From Candidatus Moraniibacteriota bacterium (GTDB lineage: Bacteria; Patescibacteriota; Minisyncoccia; Moranbacterales; UBA1568), in the NCBI GenBank assembly GCA_041910335.1, contig JAYRRF010000012.1, forward strand, positions 3,728 to 67,727: a DNA stretch of 64,000 nt. The letters are read 5' to 3'. Below, in pieces: positions 39,059-48,941 of this stretch. The notes under the pieces were generated by a model. The model saw only the letters and a program-made list of their open reading frames with translations, did no database searches and was not told where the DNA came from. The position numbers were made by a program, and so were the translations under genes. Numbering within the stretch: the stretch's first letter is position 1; every line of letters begins with the position of its first letter.

Positions 39059-40564
39059 TTGAGGGAGAGAGATGACATGCGTCCGCACTTTTTTCTCTGG
39101 AGTTTTGTGGTGGGGTTTCTCTTGGGAGGGAGTATTCTTTTTGGTCCTTGGTTTAATGACCGAGGACTTTTTCTTTTGGTGTTAAGTGGTATTGGAGGAC
39201 TGGTGGTGCTATGGGTTCCACGATATCTTAATTATCTGCTGGTAGTGATATTTGGTGTCGGACTAGCTTTTCTTATTGGCGGGAGGAGCCATGCTCTGTG
39301 GCAAGGAGAGAAGCAGGGGCAGACTACATTCGCGCATGAAGTGATGCGAGTGCAGGGATTTCTTGTAGAGAAGAGTCTTTTCCGAGAGATTGTCCTCAAG
39401 CCAACATGTACCGAAAGACATTGTGAGAGGGCAGTCTTGTGGCGAGCACCACTTGTCACGCATCTTCATGCTGGAGAGAAGATTCGTTTTTCTTGTACTA
39501 CTGAAGAGGCCAAAAACTTCACTCCAGATTTTGATTATCGTCTGTACCTTGCCAAGGAAGGCATTGGCTCCATTTGCCAAAAGAATGGACAGTTAGAAGA
39601 ACGGTTGCTGCCTGATTGGCAGGGAAGATTTTTCTTTTGGATCGAACAGAATAGACAGAGGACCGAAAAAGTTCTCAGTCGAGCGTTGCCACAGCCAGAG
39701 CTCGGTTTGGCTTTGGGACTTATCTTGGGGGGAGGAAACTTCTTGGATAAGGATATAGAGGAAAGTTTCAAGCGGATAGGGATGACGCATATTGTCGCTG
39801 TCTCCGGGTATAACATTCTTCTAGTAGCTGCTGGAAGCTTCTTCGTGCTTGGGGCTCTAGGACTTTGGCGGCGTCAAAAGCTTCTCTTGGGGAGTATCAT
39901 CATTTGGGTATTCATCCTCTTCGTGGGAGCACCGGCTTCGGCGGTGCGGGCGGGGAGTATGGCGCTTCTTTTTTTCTTGGCGCTTTTGACAGGGAGAAAG
40001 GCCTCGGGTTTTTTCGTCCTCATTCTCTCAGCTTTTCTCATGCTTCTTTTCAACCCGCTCCTCCTTTTCTATGATATTGGTTTTCAGCTTTCTTTTCTGG
40101 CCTTACTCGGGATTCTCTTTTCTTCGGAATGGTTGATAACAAAAGACTGGGATAAAAAAGAAATAGCCCGCCAAACATTCATGACGACACTCTGGGTCGA
40201 GATGTATGTACTGCCTTTGATTGTCTATTACTTTGGCACATTGACATGGTTTTCTGTAGTGGCCAACATGGTCTTACTACCGATTATCCCACTCGCTACG
40301 CTTGGTTCTTTCGCGCTTTTACTTCTCGGTTTTTTACCAGATAGTCTTTTTCTCTTCTTGGCCATTCCGGTCTACTTACTCCTTCACATAGTGATTCTCT
40401 TCGCGGAGTTTTGCGCGAGACTGCCATGGGTCTCTCTTGAGGGTCTCAAGCTAACGCTCGAACAGCTGGCACTTGTCTATAGCATCATCATTTTGTTTTC
40501 AGTGGTACAATTACGAAAACGAAGAAAAAACTGGTATGCCAAAGCCTTTGTGGTGGATGACTAA
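39059..40564 (+). CDS. comEC: ComEC/Rec2 competence membrane channel domain (N-terminal part of a split ComEC)
   Basis: Polytopic membrane protein carrying the competence-domain hallmark GMTHIVAVSGYNI. Confidence 0.75.
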   Translation: MRERDDMRPHFFLWSFVVGFLLGGSILFGPWFNDRGLFLLVLSGIGGLVVLWVPRYLNYLLVVIFGVGLAFLIGGRSHALWQGEKQGQTTFAHEVMRVQGFLVEKSLFREIVLKPTCTERHCERAVLWRAPLVTHLHAGEKIRFSCTTEEAKNFTPDFDYRLYLAKEGIGSICQKNGQLEERLLPDWQGRFFFWIEQNRQRTEKVLSRALPQPELGLALGLILGGGNFLDKDIEESFKRIGMTHIVAVSGYNILLVAAGSFFVLGALGLWRRQKLLLGSIIIWVFILFVGAPASAVRAGSMALLFFLALLTGRKASGFFVLILSAFLMLLFNPLLLFYDIGFQLSFLALLGILFSSEWLITKDWDKKEIARQTFMTTLWVEMYVLPLIVYYFGTLTWFSVVANMVLLPIIPLATLGSFALLLLGFLPDSLFLFLAIPVYLLLHIVILFAEFCARLPWVSLEGLKLTLEQLALVYSIIILFSVVQLRKRRKNWYAKAFVVDD

Positions 40565-41384
40565 TCTTGTCTTGGGAGGAGTGCTCGTGTCGGTACTTAC
40601 TCTTTTTTTGTGGCAGGGACAAACGAAAGATGTCTTCGAAGTAGTCTTCCTCGATGTCGCTCAGGGAGACGCTATTCTTATTCAGGACGGAGAGACGCAG
40701 GTGCTTATTGATGGTGGACGGGATGGACTAAGATTGCTTTCTCGGTTAGGCCGCTATATGCCTTTCTGGGATCGTACCATCGAAGTAGTTGTAGCGACCC
40801 ATCCAGATAGGGATCATATTGGCGGACTGCCGACACTCTTCCGCAATTATCAGGTAGAGACTCTGCTTACCAATGGACAGAAGGGTGAGACGACTACCGC
40901 GCAGATCTTCGATGAGTTGGCATACTCGAGAGTGAAATACCAAAAAGAAGTTGCTGAAGGGAGTGAAGTAGTGCTTCCAAGTGGGGCAACGCTTCGTTTT
41001 CTCTACCCACTTCTTCCTCTGCCAAGCGATAGTCCTATTGAGACCAACGAGGGGAGTCTGGTGGCACGACTTGACTTCTCGGAGACGAACTTTCTTTTCA
41101 CTGGGGATTTGCCGAATGAAGAGCTCGCCCTTTCTTCGGTGCAACCAGTGGATGTACTTAAGGTTGCTCATCATGGGTCGCGATTTTCTACGAGCGGAGC
41201 TTTTCTGGATATGCTCAAGCCAAAAGAAGCAGTGGTGTCTGTAGGAGAAAATACCTACGGACATCCACATCCTACGGTCCTCAAGAATCTGGCGGACCGG
41301 GGAGTGAAAATCTACCGCACGGATCAAGAGGGGGATATCGTCTATATTTGCGAAAAAAAAACCAAACAGTGCCACAAAGAATAG
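40536..41384 (+). CDS. MBL-fold metallo-hydrolase (ComEC C-terminal beta-lactamase-like domain as a separate ORF)
   Basis: LDVAQGDAILIQ...VVATHPDRDHIGG...KVAHHGS metallo-beta-lactamase motifs. Overlaps the upstream ORF by 29 nt in a different frame. Confidence 0.7.
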   Translation: MPKPLWWMTNLVLGGVLVSVLTLFLWQGQTKDVFEVVFLDVAQGDAILIQDGETQVLIDGGRDGLRLLSRLGRYMPFWDRTIEVVVATHPDRDHIGGLPTLFRNYQVETLLTNGQKGETTTAQIFDELAYSRVKYQKEVAEGSEVVLPSGATLRFLYPLLPLPSDSPIETNEGSLVARLDFSETNFLFTGDLPNEELALSSVQPVDVLKVAHHGSRFSTSGAFLDMLKPKEAVVSVGENTYGHPHPTVLKNLADRGVKIYRTDQEGDIVYICEKKTKQCHKE

Positions 41385-41456
41385 AGAGCAAGTCTTGCTC
41401 GAAGAGGGTATTCGTGGTAGAATAGTTCTGTTAAGAAGTCTAATAGTATATTTTTT

Positions 41457-42065
41457 ATGGCTGACATGCATCCGAAGAAAGAGCGCACTCTCGTCATCAT
41501 CAAACCAGATGGTGTGCAGCGCTCACTTATTGGCGAGATTATTGGTCGTTTTGAGCGTGTGGGACTGAAGATGACAGCAATGAAGATGGTCATGGCGCAG
41601 AGTCAGCAGTGCTGGGATCACTACAACAAAGATGATGAGTGGTTTTTAAAGAAGGGAACGACCGTAGTCGAGAATCGTAAGGCAGCCGGCCTAACAGTAG
41701 ACAAGGAGCCCATTGAGTATGGGCGTGACATTATTGGCGTCATGGCCGAATACATGACAGCCAGCCCAGTAGTGGTGATGATTTTTGAAGGAAATGCCGC
41801 CACCGCTGTCGTCACCAAATTAGTCGGCGGTACTGAGCCGACTACATCAGACATCGGTACTATCCGTGGTGACTATGCCCTTGATTCTTATCAGATAGCC
41901 AACCAGGATGGTCGTGGAGTTCGTAATCTTATCCACTGTAGCGAAAACCCAGAAGAAGCAGAGCGAGAAATCAAAATCTGGTTCAAGCCAGAAGAAATCA
42001 TCGCTTACCGACTAGTACAAGATCAAATCCTTTACGATGTGAACCTCGACGGCATCCTCGAGTAA
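41457..42065 (+). CDS. ndk: Nucleoside diphosphate kinase with about 50-aa internal insertion
   Basis: RTLVIIKPDGVQRSLIGEIIGRFE and NLIHCSE (catalytic His) motifs. 202 aa versus the typical 140-150. Confidence 0.85.
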   Translation: MADMHPKKERTLVIIKPDGVQRSLIGEIIGRFERVGLKMTAMKMVMAQSQQCWDHYNKDDEWFLKKGTTVVENRKAAGLTVDKEPIEYGRDIIGVMAEYMTASPVVVMIFEGNAATAVVTKLVGGTEPTTSDIGTIRGDYALDSYQIANQDGRGVRNLIHCSENPEEAEREIKIWFKPEEIIAYRLVQDQILYDVNLDGILE

Positions 42066-42080
42066 GAGCGAAGAATCAAA

Positions 42081-42110
42081 AAAACAGCCCTTAAAGGGCT
42101 GTTTTTCTTT
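42081..42110. terminator. Bidirectional intrinsic terminator (ndk on the plus strand, tRNA-Pro on the minus strand)
   Basis: CAGCCC TTAAA GGGCTG hairpin flanked by A-run/T-run. Confidence 0.6.
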
Positions 42111-42124
42111 AACTCACTTTTTTA

Positions 42125-42198
42125 TGGTCGGGATGCCGGGAATCGAACCCAGACTACACCCACCCCATGGGCGCGTACTACCACTATACTACATCCCG
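42125..42198 (-). tRNA. tRNA-Pro (anticodon GGG), CCA encoded
   Basis: Folded by hand: acceptor CGGGATG/CATCCCG, D-arm GTAT/GTAC with GG loop, anticodon stem CGCCC/GGGTG with loop AUGGGGU (U33, GGG, G37), T-arm CTGGG-TTCGATT-CCCGG, discriminator A, CCA at 42125-42127. Confidence 0.8.
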
Positions 42199-42234
42199 AT
42201 GATTGAAAAATCCCCTCGGAAGAGGGGATTTCTT

Positions 42235-42411
42235 TTATTTAGAAGCTTTGGTCAGGGTGCGGATAGCGCGGGTAGAGAGCTTGAGCTTCATGCCGCCAAG
42301 GCGCTTTGTCTGGACATTGACCTTGAATTTGCGGCGGGTAGCGATATTGGAGTGACTGCGAGAGTTCCCAGTTTGGGTACCGCGACCAGTCATTTGGCAA
42401 ACACGACTCAT
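42235..42411 (-). CDS. rpmB: 50S ribosomal protein L28
   Basis: Reverse translation [38 protein letters not shown]... matches L28 (MSRVCQ.TGK....GN..SH). 59 aa, below the ORF-track size cutoff. Terminator hairpin immediately downstream on the minus strand at 42205-42234. Confidence 0.8.
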   Translation of the reverse strand: MSRVCQMTGRGTQTGNSRSHSNIATRRKFKVNVQTKRLGGMKLKLSTRAIRTLTKASK

Positions 42412-42526
42412 AGGAATATAAAGATTGAATACTTGTAGGTTCTAGAGTATCATGAAGGAGTCTTCTTGGCAAGTCCAAGAGAGTCAGATAGCAAAATAAT
42501 GCCCGAACTTTCACTAATGTAGCTTT

Positions 42527-43249
42527 ATGCAACCAGAAATTATCCTTATCATCTTCTACCTTGTGACCCTTATCTACTCGGTCATTATTCATGAAATCTC
42601 TCATGGAGTCGTGGCTTTGTGGCTCGGAGATTTGACCGCTAAGTATGCTGGCCGACTCAACTTAAACCCCATGAAGCATATCGACCCATTCGGTTCGATT
42701 ATCCTCCCAGCACTTTTGATGCTTTCGACTGGTTTTGCTTTTGGCTGGGCTAAGCCAGTTCCTTATAACCCCTACAATCTGCGTGACCAGAAGTGGGGGC
42801 CGGTCTGGGTGGCCTTGGCTGGGCCTGCAACCAACTTCATCCTAGCTACAGTAGCAGCGCTTGTTGCCTTGGCACTTCCTTTGGGGACGCTTGCGAAGAA
42901 TGACGTGATCAGTCGGTTCTATATGATAGCTAATGGTAGAGGAGGATTTATGGAGAATTTTCAGCTGTTTGCTGAAGCACTCTCGGGGTCACTCTCGGCA
43001 ACACTCTTCGGTCTACTCCTCATGATCGTCTTTTGGAATGTTATCTTAGGGTGTTTCAATCTTCTGCCTATCCCGCCGCTTGATGGCTCTAAGCTCCTCT
43101 ACGCACTCTTCCGTATTCCCGAGCGCGTGGAGCTCGTTCTTGAGCAGTATGGTTTACCGCTTCTTTTTCTCTTTATTTTCCTCTTTTCTTATCCCATCAA
43201 TCTCTTCATCTCTTTTGTTTTGAGCTTTTATATAGGGATTTTGGTGTAA
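42527..43249 (+). CDS. Site-2 protease family zinc metalloprotease (M50), no PDZ domain
   Basis: HEISHG HExxH motif in TM1 and polytopic topology. Confidence 0.8.
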   Translation: MQPEIILIIFYLVTLIYSVIIHEISHGVVALWLGDLTAKYAGRLNLNPMKHIDPFGSIILPALLMLSTGFAFGWAKPVPYNPYNLRDQKWGPVWVALAGPATNFILATVAALVALALPLGTLAKNDVISRFYMIANGRGGFMENFQLFAEALSGSLSATLFGLLLMIVFWNVILGCFNLLPIPPLDGSKLLYALFRIPERVELVLEQYGLPLLFLFIFLFSYPINLFISFVLSFYIGILV

Positions 43250-43414
43250 GGGCACGAGTTAGGCTAAAAGCCATTCTCAAATGATGGGCAGGAGGGGGAG
43301 TCTGGAGTTGACAAAAATTGAAAGAGAGCCTATTATAAGGATTACACGGAAAAGTCTCATGGCTTTTTTCGTTTTTGTTCTAAATTCACTTTATCCGTAT
43401 TATTTTTTAGTCCT

Positions 43415-43834
43415 GTGGCTACCATCAATCAACTTATCAAGCGCCCACGTAAACCCCTGGTGAAAAAGACAAAATCACCAGCGATGGCATACTCACTCAA
43501 CAGTATCCGCAACCGCAACACCACCCATGAAAGCCCATTCAAGCGTGGAGTATGTCTCAAGGTTTCTACGACCACTCCAAAGAAACCAAACTCAGCTCTG
43601 CGTAAGATTGCTCGTGTGCGTTTGACCAATGGTATGGAAGTTACAGCCTATATTCCTGGTGAAGGACACAACCTCCAAGAACACTCTATTGTCATGATTC
43701 GCGGAGGACGTGTGAAGGATCTTCCGGGTGTACGTTATCACGTAGTGCGAGGAGTCTTCGATTCAGCTGGTGTCCAACGCAAACAGAGCCGCAGTAAGTA
43801 TGGTGCGAAGAAAGAGAAAGTAAAAAAAGACTAG
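43415..43834 (+). CDS. rpsL: 30S ribosomal protein S12 (GTG start)
   Basis: ATINQL...[10 protein letters not shown]...[14 protein letters not shown]. Confidence 0.95.
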   Translation: MATINQLIKRPRKPLVKKTKSPAMAYSLNSIRNRNTTHESPFKRGVCLKVSTTTPKKPNSALRKIARVRLTNGMEVTAYIPGEGHNLQEHSIVMIRGGRVKDLPGVRYHVVRGVFDSAGVQRKQSRSKYGAKKEKVKKD

Positions 43835-43875
43835 CCAATAACGTATCATAAATTTTCTTGAATTTTATTTAATCT

Positions 43876-44343
43876 ATGCCACGAAGAAAGAGACAATATA
43901 AGCGAGAATGGAAGCCAGACGCTTTGTATGACAATCCATTAGTCGGTCATTTCGTAGGAATGATCATGTGGGACGGAAAGAAGAGTGTCGCCGAAAAGAT
44001 CATCTATGATGCTTTTGATATCATCCATGCTCGCACCAATAAAGGTGGTCTCAATACCTTTGAGCAGGCTATCAAGAATGTCGCCCCTCTTCTCCAGTTG
44101 AAGAGTCGCCGTGTCGGTGGTGCCAACTACCAAGTACCGGTGCCGGTATCTGGAGAACGTCGCCAAGTCCTTGCTATGCGCTGGCTCCGTGATGCCTGTC
44201 GTGCCAAGAAAGGTAAAGGTATGGCTGAGAAGCTTGCTGACGAACTGATCGATGCCTCCAACAAGACTGGTACTGCGATGAAGAAACGAGAAGACACCCA
44301 TCGTATGGCCGAAGCCAACAAGGCATTTGCTCACTTTGCCTAA
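43876..44343 (+). CDS. rpsG: 30S ribosomal protein S7
   Basis: S7 signature throughout. Confidence 0.95.
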   Translation: MPRRKRQYKREWKPDALYDNPLVGHFVGMIMWDGKKSVAEKIIYDAFDIIHARTNKGGLNTFEQAIKNVAPLLQLKSRRVGGANYQVPVPVSGERRQVLAMRWLRDACRAKKGKGMAEKLADELIDASNKTGTAMKKREDTHRMAEANKAFAHFA

Positions 44344-44416
44344 GATTTCCCGAGTCAAAGCCCTATCTCAAGTGGGGCTTTCTCTCTTTTTATAAAGTTT
44401 TAAAACATAATTTCAT

Positions 44417-46522
44417 ATGACCACGAAAAACGTCCCCCTCAATCAGTTCCGTAACATCGGTATCATCGCTCACATCGATGCCGGTAAGACTACCACTACT
44501 GAGCGCGTACTTTTCTATACCGGTATCACTCACAAGATTGGTGAGGTGCATGAAGGAGAGGCAACAATGGACTGGATGGAACAGGAGCGTGAGCGCGGTA
44601 TCACTATTACCTCTGCTGCAACGACTTGTTACTGGAAGGATCATCAGATCAACATCATCGATACACCAGGTCACGTGGACTTCACTGTAGAGGTGGAGCG
44701 TTCACTTCGTGTGCTTGATGGTGGTGTCGTAGTGTTCGATGGTAAGGAAGGTGTGGAGCCTCAGTCTGAGACCGTGTGGCGCCAAGCTGATAAGTACAAC
44801 GTGCCTCGTATTTGTTTCATCAACAAGATTGATAAAGAAGGTGCTGACTTCGAGAACGCTATTTCTTCTATCTGGAACCGTCTTACCTCTAATGCTGTCG
44901 CTGTACAGCTTCCTATGGGAGAGCGTGGTGACTTCTATGGAGTGATCGACTTGATGAAAATGAAGTCATACACTTTTAGTGGTGATATGGGTGAGATCAT
45001 CACCGAGAGCGAAATCCCAGCTGAGCTTCTCGATAAAGCCAAAGAATGGCGTGAAAAAATGGTAGAGCGTATTGCTGAGACTGACGATGTGCTCATGGAG
45101 AAGTATCTTGGTGGTGAAGAAATCTCTGTCGAAGAATTGAAGGCTGCTCTTCGCCAGGCCGTTATCGATGTGAAGCTCATCCCAGTCTTTACCGGTACCG
45201 CTCTTCGTAACAAGGGTGTGCAGTTGGTGCTCGACGCTGTTGTTGACTACCTCCCATCTCCACTTGATATTCCTGCAGTAGTCGCTACCGATCCAGATGA
45301 TGATGCGAAAACCATCGAGCTCAAGACTGACCCAAGCGAGAAGTTCTCTGCATTGGCTTTCAAAGTGGCTACTGATCCTTTCGTTGGTCAGCTGACCTTC
45401 TTCCGTGTTTACTCTGGAACCATCAAGGCTGGATCATATGTCTTGAACGCTACCAAAGGAGAAAAGGAGCGTATCGGACGTATCCTCCGTATGCACTCTA
45501 ACTCTCGTGAAGAAATCGAAGAGCTTGGAGCTGGAGATATCGGTGCTTTGGTAGGTATGAAGGTGACCACGACTGGTGACACTCTCTGTGATCCAGAAAA
45601 CCCAGTTATCCTCGAATCAATCATTTTCCCAGAGCCAGTGATCGATATCGCTATCGAACCGAAGACCAAGAGCGACCAGGAGAAAATGGGTATCGCTTTG
45701 AAGAAATTGATGGAAGAAGATCCGACTTTCCGTGTGCGTACAGATACCGAGACGGGTCAGACTATTCTCTCAGGTATGGGTGAGCTTCACCTTGATATCT
45801 TGGTTGACCGTATGAAGCGTGAGTTCAAGGTAGAAGTGAATGTCGGTCGTCCACAGGTAGCCTACCGTGAAACTATCCGCGTCAAAGCAGAAGCAGAGGG
45901 TAAGTTCGTTCGTCAGTCTGGTGGTCGTGGACAGTATGGTCATTGTTGGGTACGTCTCGAACCACAGGAAGTGGGAGCAGGGTATGAGTTCGCTGATGAG
46001 ATCAAGGGTGGTGTCATCCCACAGGAATTCATCAAGCCTATCGATAAGGGTATTCAAGAAGCGATGGAGACTGGTATTCTTGCTGGCTACCCAATGGTAG
46101 ACGTCAAAGCGACTGTATTCGATGGATCATATCATGATGTTGACTCATCTGAAGCTGCTTTCCGTGTCGCTGGATCTATGGCCTACAAAGAGGCCGCCAA
46201 GAAAGCTAAGCCAGTCATCCTTGAGCCAGTGATGAAGGTGGTAGTGACCACCCCAGAACAGTTCATGGGTGACATGGTCGGAGACCTTTCTTCTAAGCGT
46301 GGAATTATCAAAGAGATGATCCCTCGTGGTGAAGGCGCTAGCGCCGTCAAAGAAATTCACTCAGAAGTACCTCTTTCATCTATGTTTGGCTATGCTACCC
46401 AGATGCGCTCTATGAGTCAGGGACGTGCGAGCTACGCGATGGAGTTCAGTCACTATGCTGAAGTACCATCAAATGTCGCTCAGGAAATTATCGGTACTCG
46501 TACAGCTGCTAAGTCTGAATAG
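44417..46522 (+). CDS. fusA: Elongation factor G
   Basis: [10 protein letters not shown]1 motif, five-domain EF-G. Confidence 0.97.
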   Translation: MTTKNVPLNQFRNIGIIAHIDAGKTTTTERVLFYTGITHKIGEVHEGEATMDWMEQERERGITITSAATTCYWKDHQINIIDTPGHVDFTVEVERSLRVLDGGVVVFDGKEGVEPQSETVWRQADKYNVPRICFINKIDKEGADFENAISSIWNRLTSNAVAVQLPMGERGDFYGVIDLMKMKSYTFSGDMGEIITESEIPAELLDKAKEWREKMVERIAETDDVLMEKYLGGEEISVEELKAALRQAVIDVKLIPVFTGTALRNKGVQLVLDAVVDYLPSPLDIPAVVATDPDDDAKTIELKTDPSEKFSALAFKVATDPFVGQLTFFRVYSGTIKAGSYVLNATKGEKERIGRILRMHSNSREEIEELGAGDIGALVGMKVTTTGDTLCDPENPVILESIIFPEPVIDIAIEPKTKSDQEKMGIALKKLMEEDPTFRVRTDTETGQTILSGMGELHLDILVDRMKREFKVEVNVGRPQVAYRETIRVKAEAEGKFVRQSGGRGQYGHCWVRLEPQEVGAGYEFADEIKGGVIPQEFIKPIDKGIQEAMETGILAGYPMVDVKATVFDGSYHDVDSSEAAFRVAGSMAYKEAAKKAKPVILEPVMKVVVTTPEQFMGDMVGDLSSKRGIIKEMIPRGEGASAVKEIHSEVPLSSMFGYATQMRSMSQGRASYAMEFSHYAEVPSNVAQEIIGTRTAAKSE

Positions 46523-46542
46523 GATACTTGAAAAAATTAAAG

Positions 46543-46600
46543 AGCCGTCTCGCAAGAGGCGGTTTTTTTTATTGACAAAGTATCGGCATTAAGTTAATGT
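46543..46600 (+). promoter_or_regulatory. fusA intrinsic terminator followed by a sigma70-like promoter
   Basis: CCGTCTC GCAA GAGGCGG hairpin + T8. TTGACA (46572-46577), 17-nt spacer, TAATGT (46595-46600). Confidence 0.5.
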
Positions 46601-46645
46601 AGCGTGTTGGTAATGTCCAACGAGTGACAGGGAAGGGTTCTATCG

Positions 46646-46882
46646 ATGACATATTTTCAGGCTCGCGGTGGATCATATGGCTCACAGCATGTTCCGGCGC
46701 ACTATGGTTGCGATAGTGAATCGCATAAAGGTAAAGACATGCTTGATACTGGCAGTTTTACCAGGGATGAGGTAGCCACTTTTACCGCCCTTAAAAGTCG
46801 GGAGGAAGTTCATATTTGTGCCCCATGTCTTAGAAGGGAGCTAAGCCAGATTCGAAAAAATAAACGTCAGGAAGGCGGATAG
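46646..46882 (+). CDS. Hypothetical small Cys-containing protein (may instead be non-coding)
   Basis: 78-aa ORF with GGGAAGGG upstream. 3 Cys (one CAPC pair). Bracketed by its own promoter and terminator. Confidence 0.3.
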   Translation: MTYFQARGGSYGSQHVPAHYGCDSESHKGKDMLDTGSFTRDEVATFTALKSREEVHICAPCLRRELSQIRKNKRQEGG

Positions 46883-46907
46883 GATGCGAAGACTAGGCTT
46901 TGTAGTG

Positions 46908-46944
46908 CGGGTGGGGATAATTCGATCCCCGCCACGCATTTTTT
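46908..46944 (+). terminator. Intrinsic terminator
   Basis: GGTGGGGAT / AATTCG / ATCCCCGCC 9-bp stem followed by T6. Confidence 0.55.
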
Positions 46945-46987
46945 GTTAAATAATCCCTTCCACAAGCTCAGGAAAGCATTTTAGCGC

Positions 46988-47016
46988 TTGACAATATTTC
47001 CACGAGTTGTTACTAT
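46988..47016 (+). promoter_or_regulatory. Promoter upstream of tuf
   Basis: TTGACA (46988-46993), 17-nt spacer, TGtTACTAT. Confidence 0.5.
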
Positions 47017-47139
47017 AGTACTTGACGCTTTTAAAACGAGCTTTTTTCTTTTTCTGGGCAAAAAAATCCCCCCAGGAAAGGAAAAAACGAGTCAAAAGTA
47101 AAATAATTAAGAACTAATTTTTAAGGACTACTTAAAATT

Positions 47140-48330
47140 ATGGCAGAGCAGTTTCAACGCACAAAGCCTCACGTAAACGTGGGAACCATCGGTCACGTTG
47201 ACCATGGAAAGACAACCTTGACCGCCGCTATCCTTCACGTGCTTTCGATGAAAGGATTCGCTAAGGAGCGAGGTATTGATGAAATCGACAAGGCTCCTGA
47301 GGAGCGTGATCGTGGTATTACTATCGCGACTGCTCACTGTGAATACGAGACAGACGCTCGTCACTATGCTCACGTTGACTGTCCTGGTCACGCTGACTAT
47401 ATCAAGAACATGATCACTGGTGCTGCTCAGATGGATGGTGCTATCATCGTAGTTTCTGCTACTGATGGTCCTATGCCTCAGACTCGCGAGCACATCCTTT
47501 TGGCTCGCCAGGTGGGTGTGCCTGAGATCGTTGTCTTCCTCAACAAGGTAGATATGGTGGATGATCCAGAACTCGTAGACCTCGTTGAAGAGGAAGTTCG
47601 CGAACTTCTTTCTAAGTACGAATTTGACGGTGCAAACGCACGCGTTGTCCGTGGATCTGCTTTGAAGGCTCTTGAGTCAACAGACGCAGAAAGCGAGGCA
47701 GCTAAGCCAATCTGGGATTTGATGGCTGCATTGGATGAAAAGATTCCTGAACCAGTTCGTGATACTGAGAAGCCTTTCCTTCTTCCTATCGAAGACATCT
47801 TCTCAATCGAAGGACGTGGAACAGTGGTGACTGGTCGTATCGAGCGTGGTATCATCAACCTTAACGAAGAAGTAGAAATCGTTGGTCTCCGTGATACTCA
47901 GAAGACCGTTGTGACTGGTATTGAAATGTTCAACAAGTCACTTGATAAGGGTATGTGTGGCGATAACGCTGGTATCCTCATCCGTGGTATCAAGAAGGAA
48001 GACGTAGAGCGTGGACAGGTATTGGCTAAGACTGGCTCTATCAAGCCTCATACTGAATTTGAAGCAGAAGTCTATATCCTTTCTAAGGAAGAAGGTGGAC
48101 GTCACACTCCTTTCTTCAAGGGTTACAAGCCTCAGTTCTACATCCGTACAACTGACGTGACCGGTGAAGTAGAGCTTCCAGAAGGAACCGAAATGGTAAT
48201 GCCTGGAGATACCGTCAACATGAAGGTCAAGCTCCTTGCGCCTGTCGCTATGGAAGATGGTATGCGCTTCGCTATCCGTGAAGGTGGACGTACTGTCGGT
48301 GCTGGAGTAGTAGTAAAGATTGTCAACTAG
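47140..48330 (+). CDS. tuf: Elongation factor Tu
   Basis: [19 protein letters not shown] motifs. Confidence 0.97.
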   Translation: MAEQFQRTKPHVNVGTIGHVDHGKTTLTAAILHVLSMKGFAKERGIDEIDKAPEERDRGITIATAHCEYETDARHYAHVDCPGHADYIKNMITGAAQMDGAIIVVSATDGPMPQTREHILLARQVGVPEIVVFLNKVDMVDDPELVDLVEEEVRELLSKYEFDGANARVVRGSALKALESTDAESEAAKPIWDLMAALDEKIPEPVRDTEKPFLLPIEDIFSIEGRGTVVTGRIERGIINLNEEVEIVGLRDTQKTVVTGIEMFNKSLDKGMCGDNAGILIRGIKKEDVERGQVLAKTGSIKPHTEFEAEVYILSKEEGGRHTPFFKGYKPQFYIRTTDVTGEVELPEGTEMVMPGDTVNMKVKLLAPVAMEDGMRFAIREGGRTVGAGVVVKIVN

Positions 48331-48421
48331 CCAATCTTGAGGTAACTTGAGTAGAGAGTAGTAAGACTACTCTCTACGAATGTTCCCTTAAAATGGACAC
48401 AAGAAGTTAGATTATACACGC

Positions 48422-48751
48422 ATGAAAAAAACAGAAGTTGCACAAAGTACCCTTCGCGTACGTATCAAGATCAAGGCTTACGATCACAAAATCGTAGACC
48501 AGTCTGCACGTAAAATCGTCGAAACAGCAGAGCGTTCTGGAGCTCAGATCACTGGCCCAGTACCGCTTCCAACAGAAGTTCATCGTATGACGGTCAACAA
48601 ATCGACCTTCGTGCATAAGAACTCTCGCGATCAGTTCGAAATGCGTGTTCACAAGCGTTTGATTGATATCGTCAATCCTACCGCAAAGACGATTGATAAT
48701 CTCACCAACCTCGATCTCCCAGCTGGAGTCGACGTCGAAATCAAAATGTAA
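48422..48751 (+). CDS. rpsJ: 30S ribosomal protein S10
   Basis: [28 protein letters not shown]. Confidence 0.9.
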   Translation: MKKTEVAQSTLRVRIKIKAYDHKIVDQSARKIVETAERSGAQITGPVPLPTEVHRMTVNKSTFVHKNSRDQFEMRVHKRLIDIVNPTAKTIDNLTNLDLPAGVDVEIKM

Positions 48752-48941
48752 TTCAAAAGAGAGGGGTTCCTTTGAGAGAGTATGTTTCGCTAGAAGCACA
48801 TTGTCTCAAAGGAATACCCAAGAGTAACTCGTGTAAGTCTGCTTAGCAGATACTACATGGGCCAACGTTTCTTATTTTTTTGAGAAACTGGCTACGTATC
48901 TAAAGTCAGTTTTTTGTTTACTAAAGACCCATTAAAAGTAT
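48752..48941 (+). promoter_or_regulatory. Unusual 190-nt structured spacer between rpsJ and rplC
   Basis: Hairpins CCTTTGAGA...TCTCAAAGG (9 bp), TCTGCT/AGCAGA, GTTTCT/AGAAAC plus a T7 run. No ORF. Confidence 0.35.

Noticed and set aside
42124-42438. 104-aa plus-strand ORF, and the 121-aa minus-strand ORF at 42239-42604
   Set aside because: Both overlap the hand-folded tRNA-Pro and the clearly recognisable L28 (rpmB) reading frame, so they are spurious.
46898-46937. tRNA-like or tmRNA-like 3' end (GGGGAUAAUUCGAUCCCCGCCACGCA)
   Set aside because: The stem is 6 bp with a 6-nt loop rather than a 5-bp T-stem with a 7-nt T-loop, and no complementary 5' acceptor strand exists upstream. It folds better as a 9-bp terminator hairpin followed by T6. 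I also checked 46607-46935 for tmRNA tag-peptide, RNase P P4 and ACAGAACCCGGCUUA motifs and found none.
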